A stretch of 64,000 bases of DNA from Cenarchaeum sp. (lineage in GTDB: Archaea > Thermoproteota > Nitrososphaeria > Nitrososphaerales > Nitrosopumilaceae): the NCBI GenBank assembly GCA_965212015.1, contig OZ243037.1:608001-672000 (forward strand). Direction: 5' to 3'. Below, piece after piece: positions 40,464 through 49,307 of this stretch; the first letter of the stretch is position 1; the number at the start of each line of letters is the position of its first letter. The translations under genes were made by a program, and so were the position numbers. The notes under the pieces are model-generated. The model did not search any database. It had not been told where the DNA came from and was given only the letters and a program-made list of their open reading frames with translations.

Positions 40464-40619
40464 ACATGGTTTCCATGGTTTTTTTACATGGATTCCATGT
40501 TCTGGAAAACAGGCAAAACATGGTTTCCGTGGCTTTTTTACATGGATTCCATGTTCTGGAAAACCTGTAAAACATGGTTTCCATGTTTTAAAAAACAGGC
40601 AAAACATGGATTACATGGT
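40464..40619. repeat. 54-bp tandem repeat built of CATGG(T/A)TTCCATG palindromes
   Basis: ACATGGTTTCC at 40464, 40518, 40572. Confidence 0.9.
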
Positions 40620-40823
40620 TTGACGCGGGTCTGAATGATTCCGGCCTCTACATGAATGACAAAAGACGTTAGGAAACAAGCCTCTGCCACTCGTTTATCC
40701 TGACCGTTTCCTGAATAGCTAGATTACATCTGGGGGCTAGGATGATCCTGATACCGTTGGCCAGTGCCAGCCTTGGTGTGTGGTTTGGGCCGGGACTCCG
40801 GCCCGGGATGATACTGGGCAAGA

Positions 40824-40976
40824 GGGCCGGCTCTGCCGGCCCGACGGTGTGGTGGAACGGGGCCTCCCGTCAGGGAGCCCCGGGAAAAAGACATTGAGAT
40901 TACTGAATCGTGGTTCGTCGTTGGGGGGTTTGTGAGGTAACTGCGAGTTGGAAATCCGCGCACGAGGCTTGAAAAA
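40824..40976. repeat. Conserved hairpin module copy 3
   Basis: GGGCCGGC-TCT-GCCGGCCC; CTCCC-GTCA-GGGAG; TTTGTGAGGTAACTGCGAGTTGGAAATCCGCGC. Confidence 0.9.
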
Positions 40977-40977
40977 T

Positions 40978-41135
40978 GGCACTTTTGCAGTCAAAAAAAT
41001 GTAGGCAAAAGCATTTTTGCAGTCAATTTTTGGCACTTTTGCAGTCAGTAAAAAGATGCCAAAAGCATTTTTGCAGTCAAAAAAATGCAGTCAAAAGCAC
41101 TTTTGCGGTCGAAAAACGACCCTTTTGCGGTCGAA
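40978..41135. repeat. 54-bp-period TTTTGCAGTCA repeats, switching to TTTTGCGGTCGA
   Basis: GGCACTTTTGCAGTCA at 40978 and 41032; AAAAGCATTTTTGCAGTCAA at 41007 and 41061. Confidence 0.85.
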
Positions 41136-41233
41136 ATGGATCCGGATGACAGGACGGCTCAAAAGCCAGAGCAGATAACAGAGTCGACCTGCCATCAAGA
41201 TTGAGAGACTCCCCTTGGTGATGTGGGACCTGC

Positions 41234-41551
41234 GGGCCTTGGTGACCTGTACGGGCCTTGGTGACCTGTACGAGTGTGTACGGGCCTTGGTGACCTGTAC
41301 GAGTGTGTACGGGCCTTGGTGACCTGTACGGGCCTTGGTGACCTGTACGAGTGTGTACGGGCCTTGGTGACCTGTACGAGTGTGTACGGGCCTTGGTGAC
41401 CTGTACGAGTGTGTACGGGCCTTGGTGACCTGTACGAGTGTGTACGGGCCTTGGTGACCTGTACGAGTGTGTACGGGCCTTGGTGACCTGTACGAGTGTG
41501 TACGGGCCTTGGTGACCTGTACGAGTGTGTACGGGCCTTGGTGACCTGTAC
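41234..41551. repeat. Perfect 19/29-bp tandem array (12 copies)
   Basis: GGGCCTTGGTGACCTGTAC x12, nine of them followed by GAGTGTGTAC; no unique spacers. Confidence 0.95.
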
Positions 41552-41604
41552 GGACTCGTATCCTGTCCGGGCCGGGACTCCGGCCCGGATGGTTCTGGGC
41601 AAGA

Positions 41605-41750
41605 GGGCCGGCTCTGCCGGCCCGATGGTGTGGAGATGGGGGCTCCCGCCAGGGAGCCCGAGGAAGAGACGTTGAGATTACTGAATGGTTCGTCGTTTGT
41701 GGGTTTGTGAGGTAACTGCGAGTTGGAAATCCGCGCGCGGGGCTTGAAAA
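41605..41750. repeat. Conserved hairpin module copy 4
   Basis: Near-identical to copy 3. Confidence 0.9.
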
Positions 41751-41751
41751 A

Positions 41752-41899
41752 CGACCTCTTTGCGGTCGGTTTTCGACCCTTTTGCGGTCGAAAAAAAGAG
41801 GTCGAAAGCACTTTTGCGGTCGAAAAACGACCCTTTTGCGGTCGAAAAAAAGAGGTCGAAAGCACTTTTGCGGTCGAAAAGCGACCCTTTTGCGGTCGA
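41752..41899. repeat. 54-bp tandem repeat of TTTTGCGGTCGA units
   Basis: CGACCCTTTTGCGGTCGA at 41774, 41828, 41882. Confidence 0.9.
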
Positions 41900-42144
41900 T
41901 ATGGTAGGATGACAGAGCGGCTCAGGAGTCGTAGTAAGTAACACCGAGTCGGCTGGCCATCAAGATTGGAACAGACCCATTGGTCATGTGGCCTGTGGCC
42001 AGCCTTGGTGATCTGTGGGAGTCGTGACTTTTCCAGATGGTTTTGGGTAAGATGACCGGCTCTGGCCGGCTTGGTGTGTGGTCCGGCCCGGATGATTCTA
42101 GGTAAGAGGGCCAGACCTGCCGGCCCGAGATGGTCCTTGGCTAG

Positions 42145-42296
42145 TCGGGCTGGCCTACAGCCCGACGGGATTTGGTATGAGGCTCCCGCCAGGGAGCCTT
42201 GGGGAAAAGACGTTGAGATTACTGAATCGTGGTTCGTCGTTTGTGGGTTTGTGAGGTAACTGCGAACCTGCTGCTACAAACACGCGCGTGCGGGGG
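42145..42296. repeat. Conserved hairpin module copy 5
   Basis: TCGGGCTG...CAGCCCGA; AGGCTCCC-GCCA-GGGAGCCT; TTTGTGAGGTAACTGCGA. Confidence 0.9.
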
Positions 42297-42344
42297 ATAT
42301 TAGGCATATTTTTGCGTACACTCAGTGTACCGTCACGTAGCACC

Positions 42345-42845
42345 CAGTGTACGCAAAAAGGGTACACTTGGTACACTTGGTGTACCCATACGTAGCACTT
42401 GGTGTACCCAGTGTACGCAAAAAGGGTACACTTGGTACACTTGGTGTACCCATACGTAGCACTTGGTGTACCCAGTGTACGCAAAAAGGGTACACTTGGT
42501 ACACTTGGTGTACCCATACGTAGCACTTGGTGTACCCAGTGTACGCAAAAAAATGCATTTAATGCATTCAAAAAATGCATTTAATGCACTCAGTGTACGC
42601 AAAAAAATGCATTTAATGCATTCAAAAAATGCATTTAATGCACTCAGTGTACGCAAAAAAATGCATTTAATGCATTCAAAAAATGCATTTAATGCACTCA
42701 GTGTACGCAAAAAAATGCATTTAATGCATTCAAAAAATGCACTTAATGCACTTTGTGCTACCTCACGTGGCTCTTTGTGCTACCCCCGCATAGCTCTTTG
42801 TGCTCTTTGTGCTACCCCACGTAGCTCTTTGTGTCCTTTTTACCC
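42345..42845. repeat. 64-bp GTAC-rich x3, 54-bp ATGCAT-rich x4, then about 22-bp CTTTGTGCTACC repeats
   Basis: CAGTGTACGCAAAAA at 42345, 42409, 42473, 42537, 42591, 42645, 42699. Confidence 0.92.
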
Positions 42846-43056
42846 CAAGTTGATCTGTGGCAACAGATACAGAAATTAAAGATAAATTAAATCCCGTGCG
42901 GTCACACCAACATCTGTTTTCCCGCGCCCCAAAACCAATAATGATTTCCAAACAGGACTGGCAGAATCCAAGACATCAATCAAGTAAAGGCTCAGACGCC
43001 AGAGGCATGGCGTAAGAGTCATGCTCCTGTAACTTGTGCTCGTTGTACCGCCGACA

Positions 43057-44589
43057 CTAGGATTCCCGCGCGGTTGCCCGGCGCACAAGGAACCTGCCGT
43101 CGGAGAGCTCCGTGTCCACCTCCCACCCCTGGGCAGAATGCTCCAGCAGGCTCTGTTCATCCTCGATAATTCGGCTTTCATATGGGGCATCCGCCTTGGC
43201 AGGTCTTGCCGGTATTTCCTTGGGGACCGTGACAGAATCGTTTCGGATCAGGGAAGTCGGATCCATCCCGTACATCTTGGCCTGCTGCCGCCACAGGTTG
43301 AGTAGCATGTCCTTTTTGTTAGCGCCGTCGGCCTTGAGGTCCGTAGCCAGAAACGTCTGACTCTGCGCGTACGCGCGCCTCATGTCCTCCGTCATCTGCT
43401 CTGTGAGCCTGCCCTTGTTGGTGGTGTATCGAGCCTCCATGTCGCCCTTGTGTCCCATAAAGAATTGTCTGTATGCGTGCGTCATGCACCCGTGGCTTTC
43501 GGCCATGAGCATCTGCGTGTCAAAGTATGCCCTCAGGGCGTACGGGCGGATCTTCATCACGCCCCAGATCGTCCTCCGTATGCTCTCCGATATGGCCGGC
43601 GTGGTCAGAAATAATGTGTCCGATTTCTTACGCTGCCCCCTTTCCTGGTATCCATTGTTGAACGTAATGAGCGGCGAGTCCGGTTCCAGTATATCGCCGT
43701 GCGCGATACGCTGCCGCAGATATCCCAAAAGATACTCACATCCCTGCTTTGTCAGGAACGTAAAGTACTTGTTTTTGGTCTTGCTAAGCTGGGCGCGGAC
43801 GACAATCATTGCCGGCATCTTTTCAAACGACACCCTGTCGCCGTCGATGCGCAGTTCCGGCAGATCCGAGAGTTTCAGCCCGTCACCCTTGTCAGACGTG
43901 CCCATCACCTGGGGGCGGATGCCGGAGAATGCCATCATGCCTACGATGAGCTTTGTGCGCGGGGATCCTGCGCCTAGAATCTGATCAAGTTGCTCCTGCG
44001 TGGGGACCTGCTCGTCCTCTATGCTTACCGCAATGCTGGCGTTTCTCACCTTTATTTTGCGCCTTATCTCGATGTGGTTGTATTCAAGCCACGACTTTAT
44101 CGCCTTTATCATCCCCTCTGTGTAGCCCGGCGCGTAATTCTGTTTTTCCATCCACGAGACGTGATCAAGCAGAATGTTCTCCATGTCCATTGGATTGTCG
44201 CGTCCTATGGTAACCAAGTTTGTAGGAGTCTTGTCAACCCTGTGGCAGAACAGATTGAGTCTGCGCAGCCTTACCTTTGAGTTGAGTATGCTAGAGCGCG
44301 CACAGTTTTCATACCAGCGTCTAACGTCATCATCCTTCAATAGTATAACTGGAGCTTGTGTCGTCACCTGATTCCACCGGATGTTATCAAAACGCGTTCC
44401 CCTATTTTTCCTTTTTGTTGTACGATTTTTTTCGTTAGGAATTATATTAGAGGAGTTTTCATGTTGTGTAATAACCGCGCGCTTTTTTTCCGGTTCCCTG
44501 TCAGGGCGCCGTGAGTTTGCACTCTTTATTTGTAGGCGAGGCTTGCAGTCGGCTTTTGAATTTACAGATTTTGTTTTCTGTTTTTTCAT
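43057..44589 (-). CDS. Tyrosine recombinase/integrase 1
   Basis: SGIRP, RPYALRAYFDT, FMGHKG, ARY catalytic residues; probable ATG at 44589 next to the att repeat. Confidence 0.88.
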   Translation of the reverse strand: MKKQKTKSVNSKADCKPRLQIKSANSRRPDREPEKKRAVITQHENSSNIIPNEKNRTTKRKNRGTRFDNIRWNQVTTQAPVILLKDDDVRRWYENCARSSILNSKVRLRRLNLFCHRVDKTPTNLVTIGRDNPMDMENILLDHVSWMEKQNYAPGYTEGMIKAIKSWLEYNHIEIRRKIKVRNASIAVSIEDEQVPTQEQLDQILGAGSPRTKLIVGMMAFSGIRPQVMGTSDKGDGLKLSDLPELRIDGDRVSFEKMPAMIVVRAQLSKTKNKYFTFLTKQGCEYLLGYLRQRIAHGDILEPDSPLITFNNGYQERGQRKKSDTLFLTTPAISESIRRTIWGVMKIRPYALRAYFDTQMLMAESHGCMTHAYRQFFMGHKGDMEARYTTNKGRLTEQMTEDMRRAYAQSQTFLATDLKADGANKKDMLLNLWRQQAKMYGMDPTSLIRNDSVTVPKEIPARPAKADAPYESRIIEDEQSLLEHSAQGWEVDTELSDGRFLVRRATARES

Positions 44590-44599
44590 ATTGAAAGCG

Positions 44600-44613
44600 C
44601 CACTAGACCCGCT
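44600..44613 (+). other. att site (copy of tRNA-Lys 3' end)
   Basis: CCACTAGACCCGCT identical to 20926-20939. Confidence 0.8.
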
Positions 44614-44703
44614 TCCACTGTGGGTTCGGGTCTTTCCCTGGCAAAATGCCCACAAACCGGTATCCGCGGGTGATTAACGCCCCCGCTTTTGCTGTATCGG
44701 CAA

Positions 44704-45966
44704 CTATTCTGTTTGGCCCGTCTTGGCGCTCATCAGCACCTCTAGTACCCGGTCAAGCTGTTCTGGCGTTGCCTTTTCCATGACGTTCTGTATGTGGTGT
44801 CTCTGCTCCAGTGTGGGGTCTATCTTGCTCTGATCCAGATACTCCTCGGATCGCATGAATCCCTCGCGCATCTCGGCTGTCAGGACCTCTGGCAGTATGC
44901 TCTTGTTTGTCGTGTACCTTGACTCCATGCTGCCCTTGTGTCCCATGAAAAAGACCCTAAAGTCGTGGGCTATCTTTCCCTTGGACTCTGCAATTAGCAG
45001 CTGCGTGTCAAAGTACGCCCTTAGAACGTATGGCCTCCATGTGAATCTGGGCCTGAACGTCCTTCTTACCAGATCACTTATTTGCTGCGTGGGCAGAAAC
45101 GCCTTTCTTGTATTGACGCCCCTGTGCGTCTTGTAGATATAGTCGGGCGCTACAATTGGCGCATTATCGTGCAGTGATTCCCCGTGAACCAGCCTGTCGT
45201 TCAGGTATGCCACGATGTGGCTCGTTGCGGACTGTGTCGAGAATGTAAAGTACTGGTGGCGTGCCTTTGAGAGCTCGCGCCGTACTATGATTCTGTTTGG
45301 AATTCTAACGCACTTTGCCTTTCCCTGATGGATTACCAGATCCGGCAGATCCTTCATTTGCAGTCCGTCCGTTCCGTTATGGTTTCCAATGACCTGTGGT
45401 CTGAGGCCCGACTTTGCCATCAGCGATATTATCACCGACTCGCGCAGGCCGGCCCTGCTGTATATCTCGGTCATCTCTTGCCCCTCCGGGACGCGTTCGT
45501 TTTGAAGCGTAGGGGTATAGTTTGTGGACGTCACCTTGATCTTTCTTCGTATCTCCACATCAAAGTGTCTCAGCCACGACTTTACCGTCTTGATCTGCTC
45601 CTCAATGTATCCCGGGGAATAATTCTTGGACTCCATCATGGTGATGTGATCCTCAAGCAAGTCCGTTGCAGTTCTCAGATCCCTAGTTGCCAGATCCGCC
45701 AGCTGTATCGGTGTCATCTGGTGAATCTCGCAGAACCGTCCCAGTCTCCTGAGACGCCCATCTGCTGTGATGGGGCTTCCGCGCGCCAGATTATCATGCC
45801 ATCTTTTGATGTCCGTGTTGGCCAACAGCCTTGATTTTTTTGTCTGTTTGGCAGTATCTTTTGCGTATGGTTTTGTTTTTTCCATATCTGTCAGCCTCTC
45901 GGTTACATTCTCGGTATGGTATGGTTTTGCTATTTGACTTTTGAGCGCGTTTTCCATTGTTATCAT
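44704..45966 (-). CDS. Tyrosine recombinase/integrase 2
   Basis: SGLRP, RPYVLRAYFDT, FMGHKG, SRY; homologous to integrase 1. Confidence 0.9.
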   Translation of the reverse strand: MITMENALKSQIAKPYHTENVTERLTDMEKTKPYAKDTAKQTKKSRLLANTDIKRWHDNLARGSPITADGRLRRLGRFCEIHQMTPIQLADLATRDLRTATDLLEDHITMMESKNYSPGYIEEQIKTVKSWLRHFDVEIRRKIKVTSTNYTPTLQNERVPEGQEMTEIYSRAGLRESVIISLMAKSGLRPQVIGNHNGTDGLQMKDLPDLVIHQGKAKCVRIPNRIIVRRELSKARHQYFTFSTQSATSHIVAYLNDRLVHGESLHDNAPIVAPDYIYKTHRGVNTRKAFLPTQQISDLVRRTFRPRFTWRPYVLRAYFDTQLLIAESKGKIAHDFRVFFMGHKGSMESRYTTNKSILPEVLTAEMREGFMRSEEYLDQSKIDPTLEQRHHIQNVMEKATPEQLDRVLEVLMSAKTGQTE

Positions 45967-46024
45967 GTTATCTGATACAAAGCTTTATTTAAAGATTTAC
46001 CATGTAGCATGATACAGGCTGATC

Positions 46025-46312
46025 ATGGGCATATTTATAAAAAAAATCCACGGGGCGGAATACCTGTATTTTCTGGCAGGGGATTCCCAGTATTTCCTGG
46101 GAAGAAAGGACGATCTGGAAAACCTGAACATTCAGAATCTGCGCAAGGCTGTGCGGATTGCAGACAGGAACTTTGATAGGATTTTTGTAAAATACATCCG
46201 GGATCTGCTGAAAAATGTCAGGTACATGCCCGATGATGAGAGGGCCCGGTACCTGTCCGCGCGGATTGCAAACTTGGATTCTGCGTTAAGACAGCTCAAA
46301 AATACGCGATAA
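46025..46312 (+). CDS. Small putative DNA-binding protein (possible excisionase)
   Basis: KKIHGAEYLYF...YFLGR beta-hairpin motif; divergent from integrase 2. Confidence 0.55.
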   Translation: MGIFIKKIHGAEYLYFLAGDSQYFLGRKDDLENLNIQNLRKAVRIADRNFDRIFVKYIRDLLKNVRYMPDDERARYLSARIANLDSALRQLKNTR

Positions 46313-46334
46313 TCATGCGATTTTTTGCAAAAAA

Positions 46335-46496
46335 TTATGACTCGTTGCCGGCCTTGAGGTAGAGCCTGTCTCCTTCCCTCTCAAAGACGATCACATCACC
46401 CTTTTCGAACCTGCAGCTGTTTCGGACCCGTTTCGGGATGGTAATCTGGTACTTGTATGATACCACGGTTGTGCCTAGGATTTCCTTGTTATTCAT
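46335..46496 (-). CDS. AbrB/MazE/SpoVT-family DNA-binding protein (53 aa)
   Basis: Manual translation ...VSYKYQITIPKRVRNSCRFEKGDVIVFEREGDRLYLK. Confidence 0.8.
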   Translation of the reverse strand: MNNKEILGTTVVSYKYQITIPKRVRNSCRFEKGDVIVFEREGDRLYLKAGNES

Positions 46497-46587
46497 GCCT
46501 TACTTGTAGGAATCGTAGGAAAAACACATAAAGTATCCCCAAGAATGTAAAGATCACTTGAAAAGTAAGGCAAAAAAGGCATCTCAG

Positions 46588-48474
46588 ATGGCCAAATGTA
46601 CTACAATGCTAAAGTGGTATTTTCCACCAACAGGTGGTGGAGTAACTCAGGGATTTAATGATGGTTCACAAGAATTCTTCCGATCTAATGCATGGGAGCA
46701 GACCATAAGAGAGATAATTCAGAATTCACTTGATGCTGTAGATGATCGAAGAGACGGGCCAGTAAAAATAAACATCTCTGAAATAACGATACCTGCATCA
46801 GAGATAGGAGCCACTGATCTTGCTGGCCACATAAGCAAGGCTTTGGAACGCACTAGAAAACAAGAATCCACCACAGGGAGTAAATTTTACGAAAATGCAT
46901 TGAAGGTTTTAAATCAAAATGAGATCAAAATGCTTGCAATAACTGATACTAACACTACAGGTTTAGTGGATGAAAAATGGGATGCGCTGATATATGATGA
47001 AGGTACATCAAGTAAAGGTGGTATAAATGCAGCAGGAGGAAGTTTTGGCATTGGAAAAAATGCACCATATGTGGTTTCAGATTTAAAAACTGTATGTTAT
47101 TCCACACGATATCTAGGCAAGGGAAGAATTGAAAAGTTTATTGCTCGATGCAAGATTTCTGCACATGAGAATCCCGATGAATCTTCTAAAGAAATGCTAC
47201 AACACATAGGATTTGGAACTAAAACAAAATTAGCAAAAAATATTCGTCCTTTACCAACAGAAGGAAGTGACATTCATCAACTATTTCGTCTTGATGAATA
47301 TGGAAGTGGAATATTTATTATGGGATTTAATCCACAACTAAAAAATTGGATCAAAGTGGCCAAAAAATCTATAGCACATAATTTTTTTGTTGCAATACAT
47401 GAAAAGAAATTAGAAATTTATATAAATTCTGATCCGATAAACTATGAAACATTAGATGGTATATTTGAGGATGATCGTAAAAAAGAACCTACTCGTCACT
47501 ATTATCATATCATCCGTGATGATATTAAGAAAGAAATTGTAGAAGGAGATCTGGGAAAATTTACAGTACAAATAAATATTGATGATGAAGATGCACCAAA
47601 CCAAATTGCATATATAAACCGAAGAGGAATGATGGTAACTGACAAGCGTATTTTCGATGAAAATCCATTTTATACGGCAGTTGGAAAAGGTTGGGCCAAA
47701 TATGCAGTAGTAATTATGTCACATGATGATGCAACAGATATGAAAATACGTATGATGGAGCCGCCTAACCATCAATCAATCGAATACAAGCGCATCAATG
47801 ATCATAAAAAACGAGATTCTATGGAACGACAACTTCGTGTCATAAAAAATAAAATTACTGATATTATTAACAACGCAATTTCCGACAGTAATCATGAACA
47901 TGACATAAATCTATCAGAACTTGCAGACATATTGCCTTTTCCTGATGATTCAGGAAAAGAAGGTATTGAACAAAGTGAAAAAGATCAGTCTCTAGATCAT
48001 CATACTATAGAGTCTGGCACATCATCTCATATCGTAGATGATGATGGATTAGATTCAGGTAAAAAGTTAGGTGGGACCTCAGATACACATGGAAAGAATC
48101 ATAAATCTATTTCTGGTCGCAAAATAAGCAGTAAAGGAACACCAATTTTGCATCGTCAGCGAATTGTGCGCAGCAAGGATATACTCCGTGTTGCATTTAC
48201 ATCACGTCAAAATAATGGAAAACCAGTGTGCTTTGGCATCAAACCTGTAGGTGAAGAAAGAAAAAATGAAATCATGATTCCAATAACTTCGGCCCGTGTG
48301 GAAACACCATCGAATTTTACCATTAAAATGAATAACAATCGTATAACCATGACTCCAAAATATGATGAACGGGTTGTAATGGATCTAAAAATACCTCAAA
48401 CCAAGTCATATACAGGATATGAGATCATTGAAATAGTACAAAACAAAAAACCCTCAAAAGGTAATAAAAAATGA
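46588..48474 (+). CDS. GHKL-type ATPase, uncharacterised family
   Basis: REIIQNSLDA, DTNTTGL, GGSFGIGK. Confidence 0.75.
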   Translation: MAKCTTMLKWYFPPTGGGVTQGFNDGSQEFFRSNAWEQTIREIIQNSLDAVDDRRDGPVKINISEITIPASEIGATDLAGHISKALERTRKQESTTGSKFYENALKVLNQNEIKMLAITDTNTTGLVDEKWDALIYDEGTSSKGGINAAGGSFGIGKNAPYVVSDLKTVCYSTRYLGKGRIEKFIARCKISAHENPDESSKEMLQHIGFGTKTKLAKNIRPLPTEGSDIHQLFRLDEYGSGIFIMGFNPQLKNWIKVAKKSIAHNFFVAIHEKKLEIYINSDPINYETLDGIFEDDRKKEPTRHYYHIIRDDIKKEIVEGDLGKFTVQINIDDEDAPNQIAYINRRGMMVTDKRIFDENPFYTAVGKGWAKYAVVIMSHDDATDMKIRMMEPPNHQSIEYKRINDHKKRDSMERQLRVIKNKITDIINNAISDSNHEHDINLSELADILPFPDDSGKEGIEQSEKDQSLDHHTIESGTSSHIVDDDGLDSGKKLGGTSDTHGKNHKSISGRKISSKGTPILHRQRIVRSKDILRVAFTSRQNNGKPVCFGIKPVGEERKNEIMIPITSARVETPSNFTIKMNNNRITMTPKYDERVVMDLKIPQTKSYTGYEIIEIVQNKKPSKGNKK

Positions 48475-49307
48475 GTCATACGAACTTCTTGCTACCACAT
48501 CCAATAATTAAACCTGGAGGATTTGACTACAATGAAAATTGTCACTTTGACATAGAGATAAAACAGGCCACGACACTTGATGGAAATATCCACATTGAGA
48601 TATCATGTGATCTGTCCAGTTTTACTATAAATGATCTCATAAAGAAAGAAAAAGCAAAATTTTTTATTACTTTAAAATGTGTTAAAACCCATCAAAGAAT
48701 CACACATAGCTTTACAGAAACTTCCATGGTTTGGGATATTCCGATGTCTAACTGTGTCGATAAAATAAACATAACGCCATATGTGGCAACAACTGAGGAA
48801 ATACCAGCATTTTACTCCAAAGAACATGATGATGAAATTCAACAAATGATTCCTGATGGCGTAGATCTTCCGACAGGTGCCATTTTGGCAGTAGGAAAAT
48901 CACACGAAATCACGATTGATGCGATAGAAAAGATCCAAGCTGCCATCAAGATAATCCAAAATAAGGAATTGGAAGTAGGAACTTACGCCATAGACACCAG
49001 TGGCGATTATCTAGACATTCAAATGCATCCTAAAACACAAAACAGCATACGTAATATACACAACCAATCAGTAGAACTTTTGTATCCATCAATTTACCTG
49101 ACTGCCATCGAACAAGCCATACGTGATATGGAAAATTATAAAGATCGCAAATGGGCACAAGCTTTGCACAAAACTCTAGAAAAACACAATATTGAGATTG
49201 ATTATGATAAATTAAAGGAAGAAGCAAATAAGCATGCCCAGACAATACTGAACAAACCATTGGATCGCATCATACAATGGCACAATCGAGAGAATGAATA
49301 TGATTGA
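48471..49307 (+). CDS. Hypothetical protein, translationally coupled
   Basis: 4-bp overlap with ATPase; N-terminal LPHPII. Confidence 0.75.
   Translation: MSHTNFLLPHPIIKPGGFDYNENCHFDIEIKQATTLDGNIHIEISCDLSSFTINDLIKKEKAKFFITLKCVKTHQRITHSFTETSMVWDIPMSNCVDKINITPYVATTEEIPAFYSKEHDDEIQQMIPDGVDLPTGAILAVGKSHEITIDAIEKIQAAIKIIQNKELEVGTYAIDTSGDYLDIQMHPKTQNSIRNIHNQSVELLYPSIYLTAIEQAIRDMENYKDRKWAQALHKTLEKHNIEIDYDKLKEEANKHAQTILNKPLDRIIQWHNRENEYD

Larger units (their letters stand above)
20926..44613. mobile_element. Integrated element 1 (about 23.7 kb defence island) at tRNA-Lys
   Basis: 14-bp direct repeat CCACTAGACCCGCT at 20926-20939 and 44600-44613; tyrosine integrase next to the distal copy; AT-rich cargo. 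Confidence 0.8.

Noticed and set aside
41234-41551. CRISPR array
   Set aside because: Intervening 10-mers are identical, there are no unique spacers and no cas genes are recognisable.
39954-42879. ORFs over the repeat array (e.g. 41077-41865, 42155-42580)
   Set aside because: Open frames occur on several frames and strands, and the 29-, 55- and 64-bp units are not multiples of 3; these are low-complexity artefacts.
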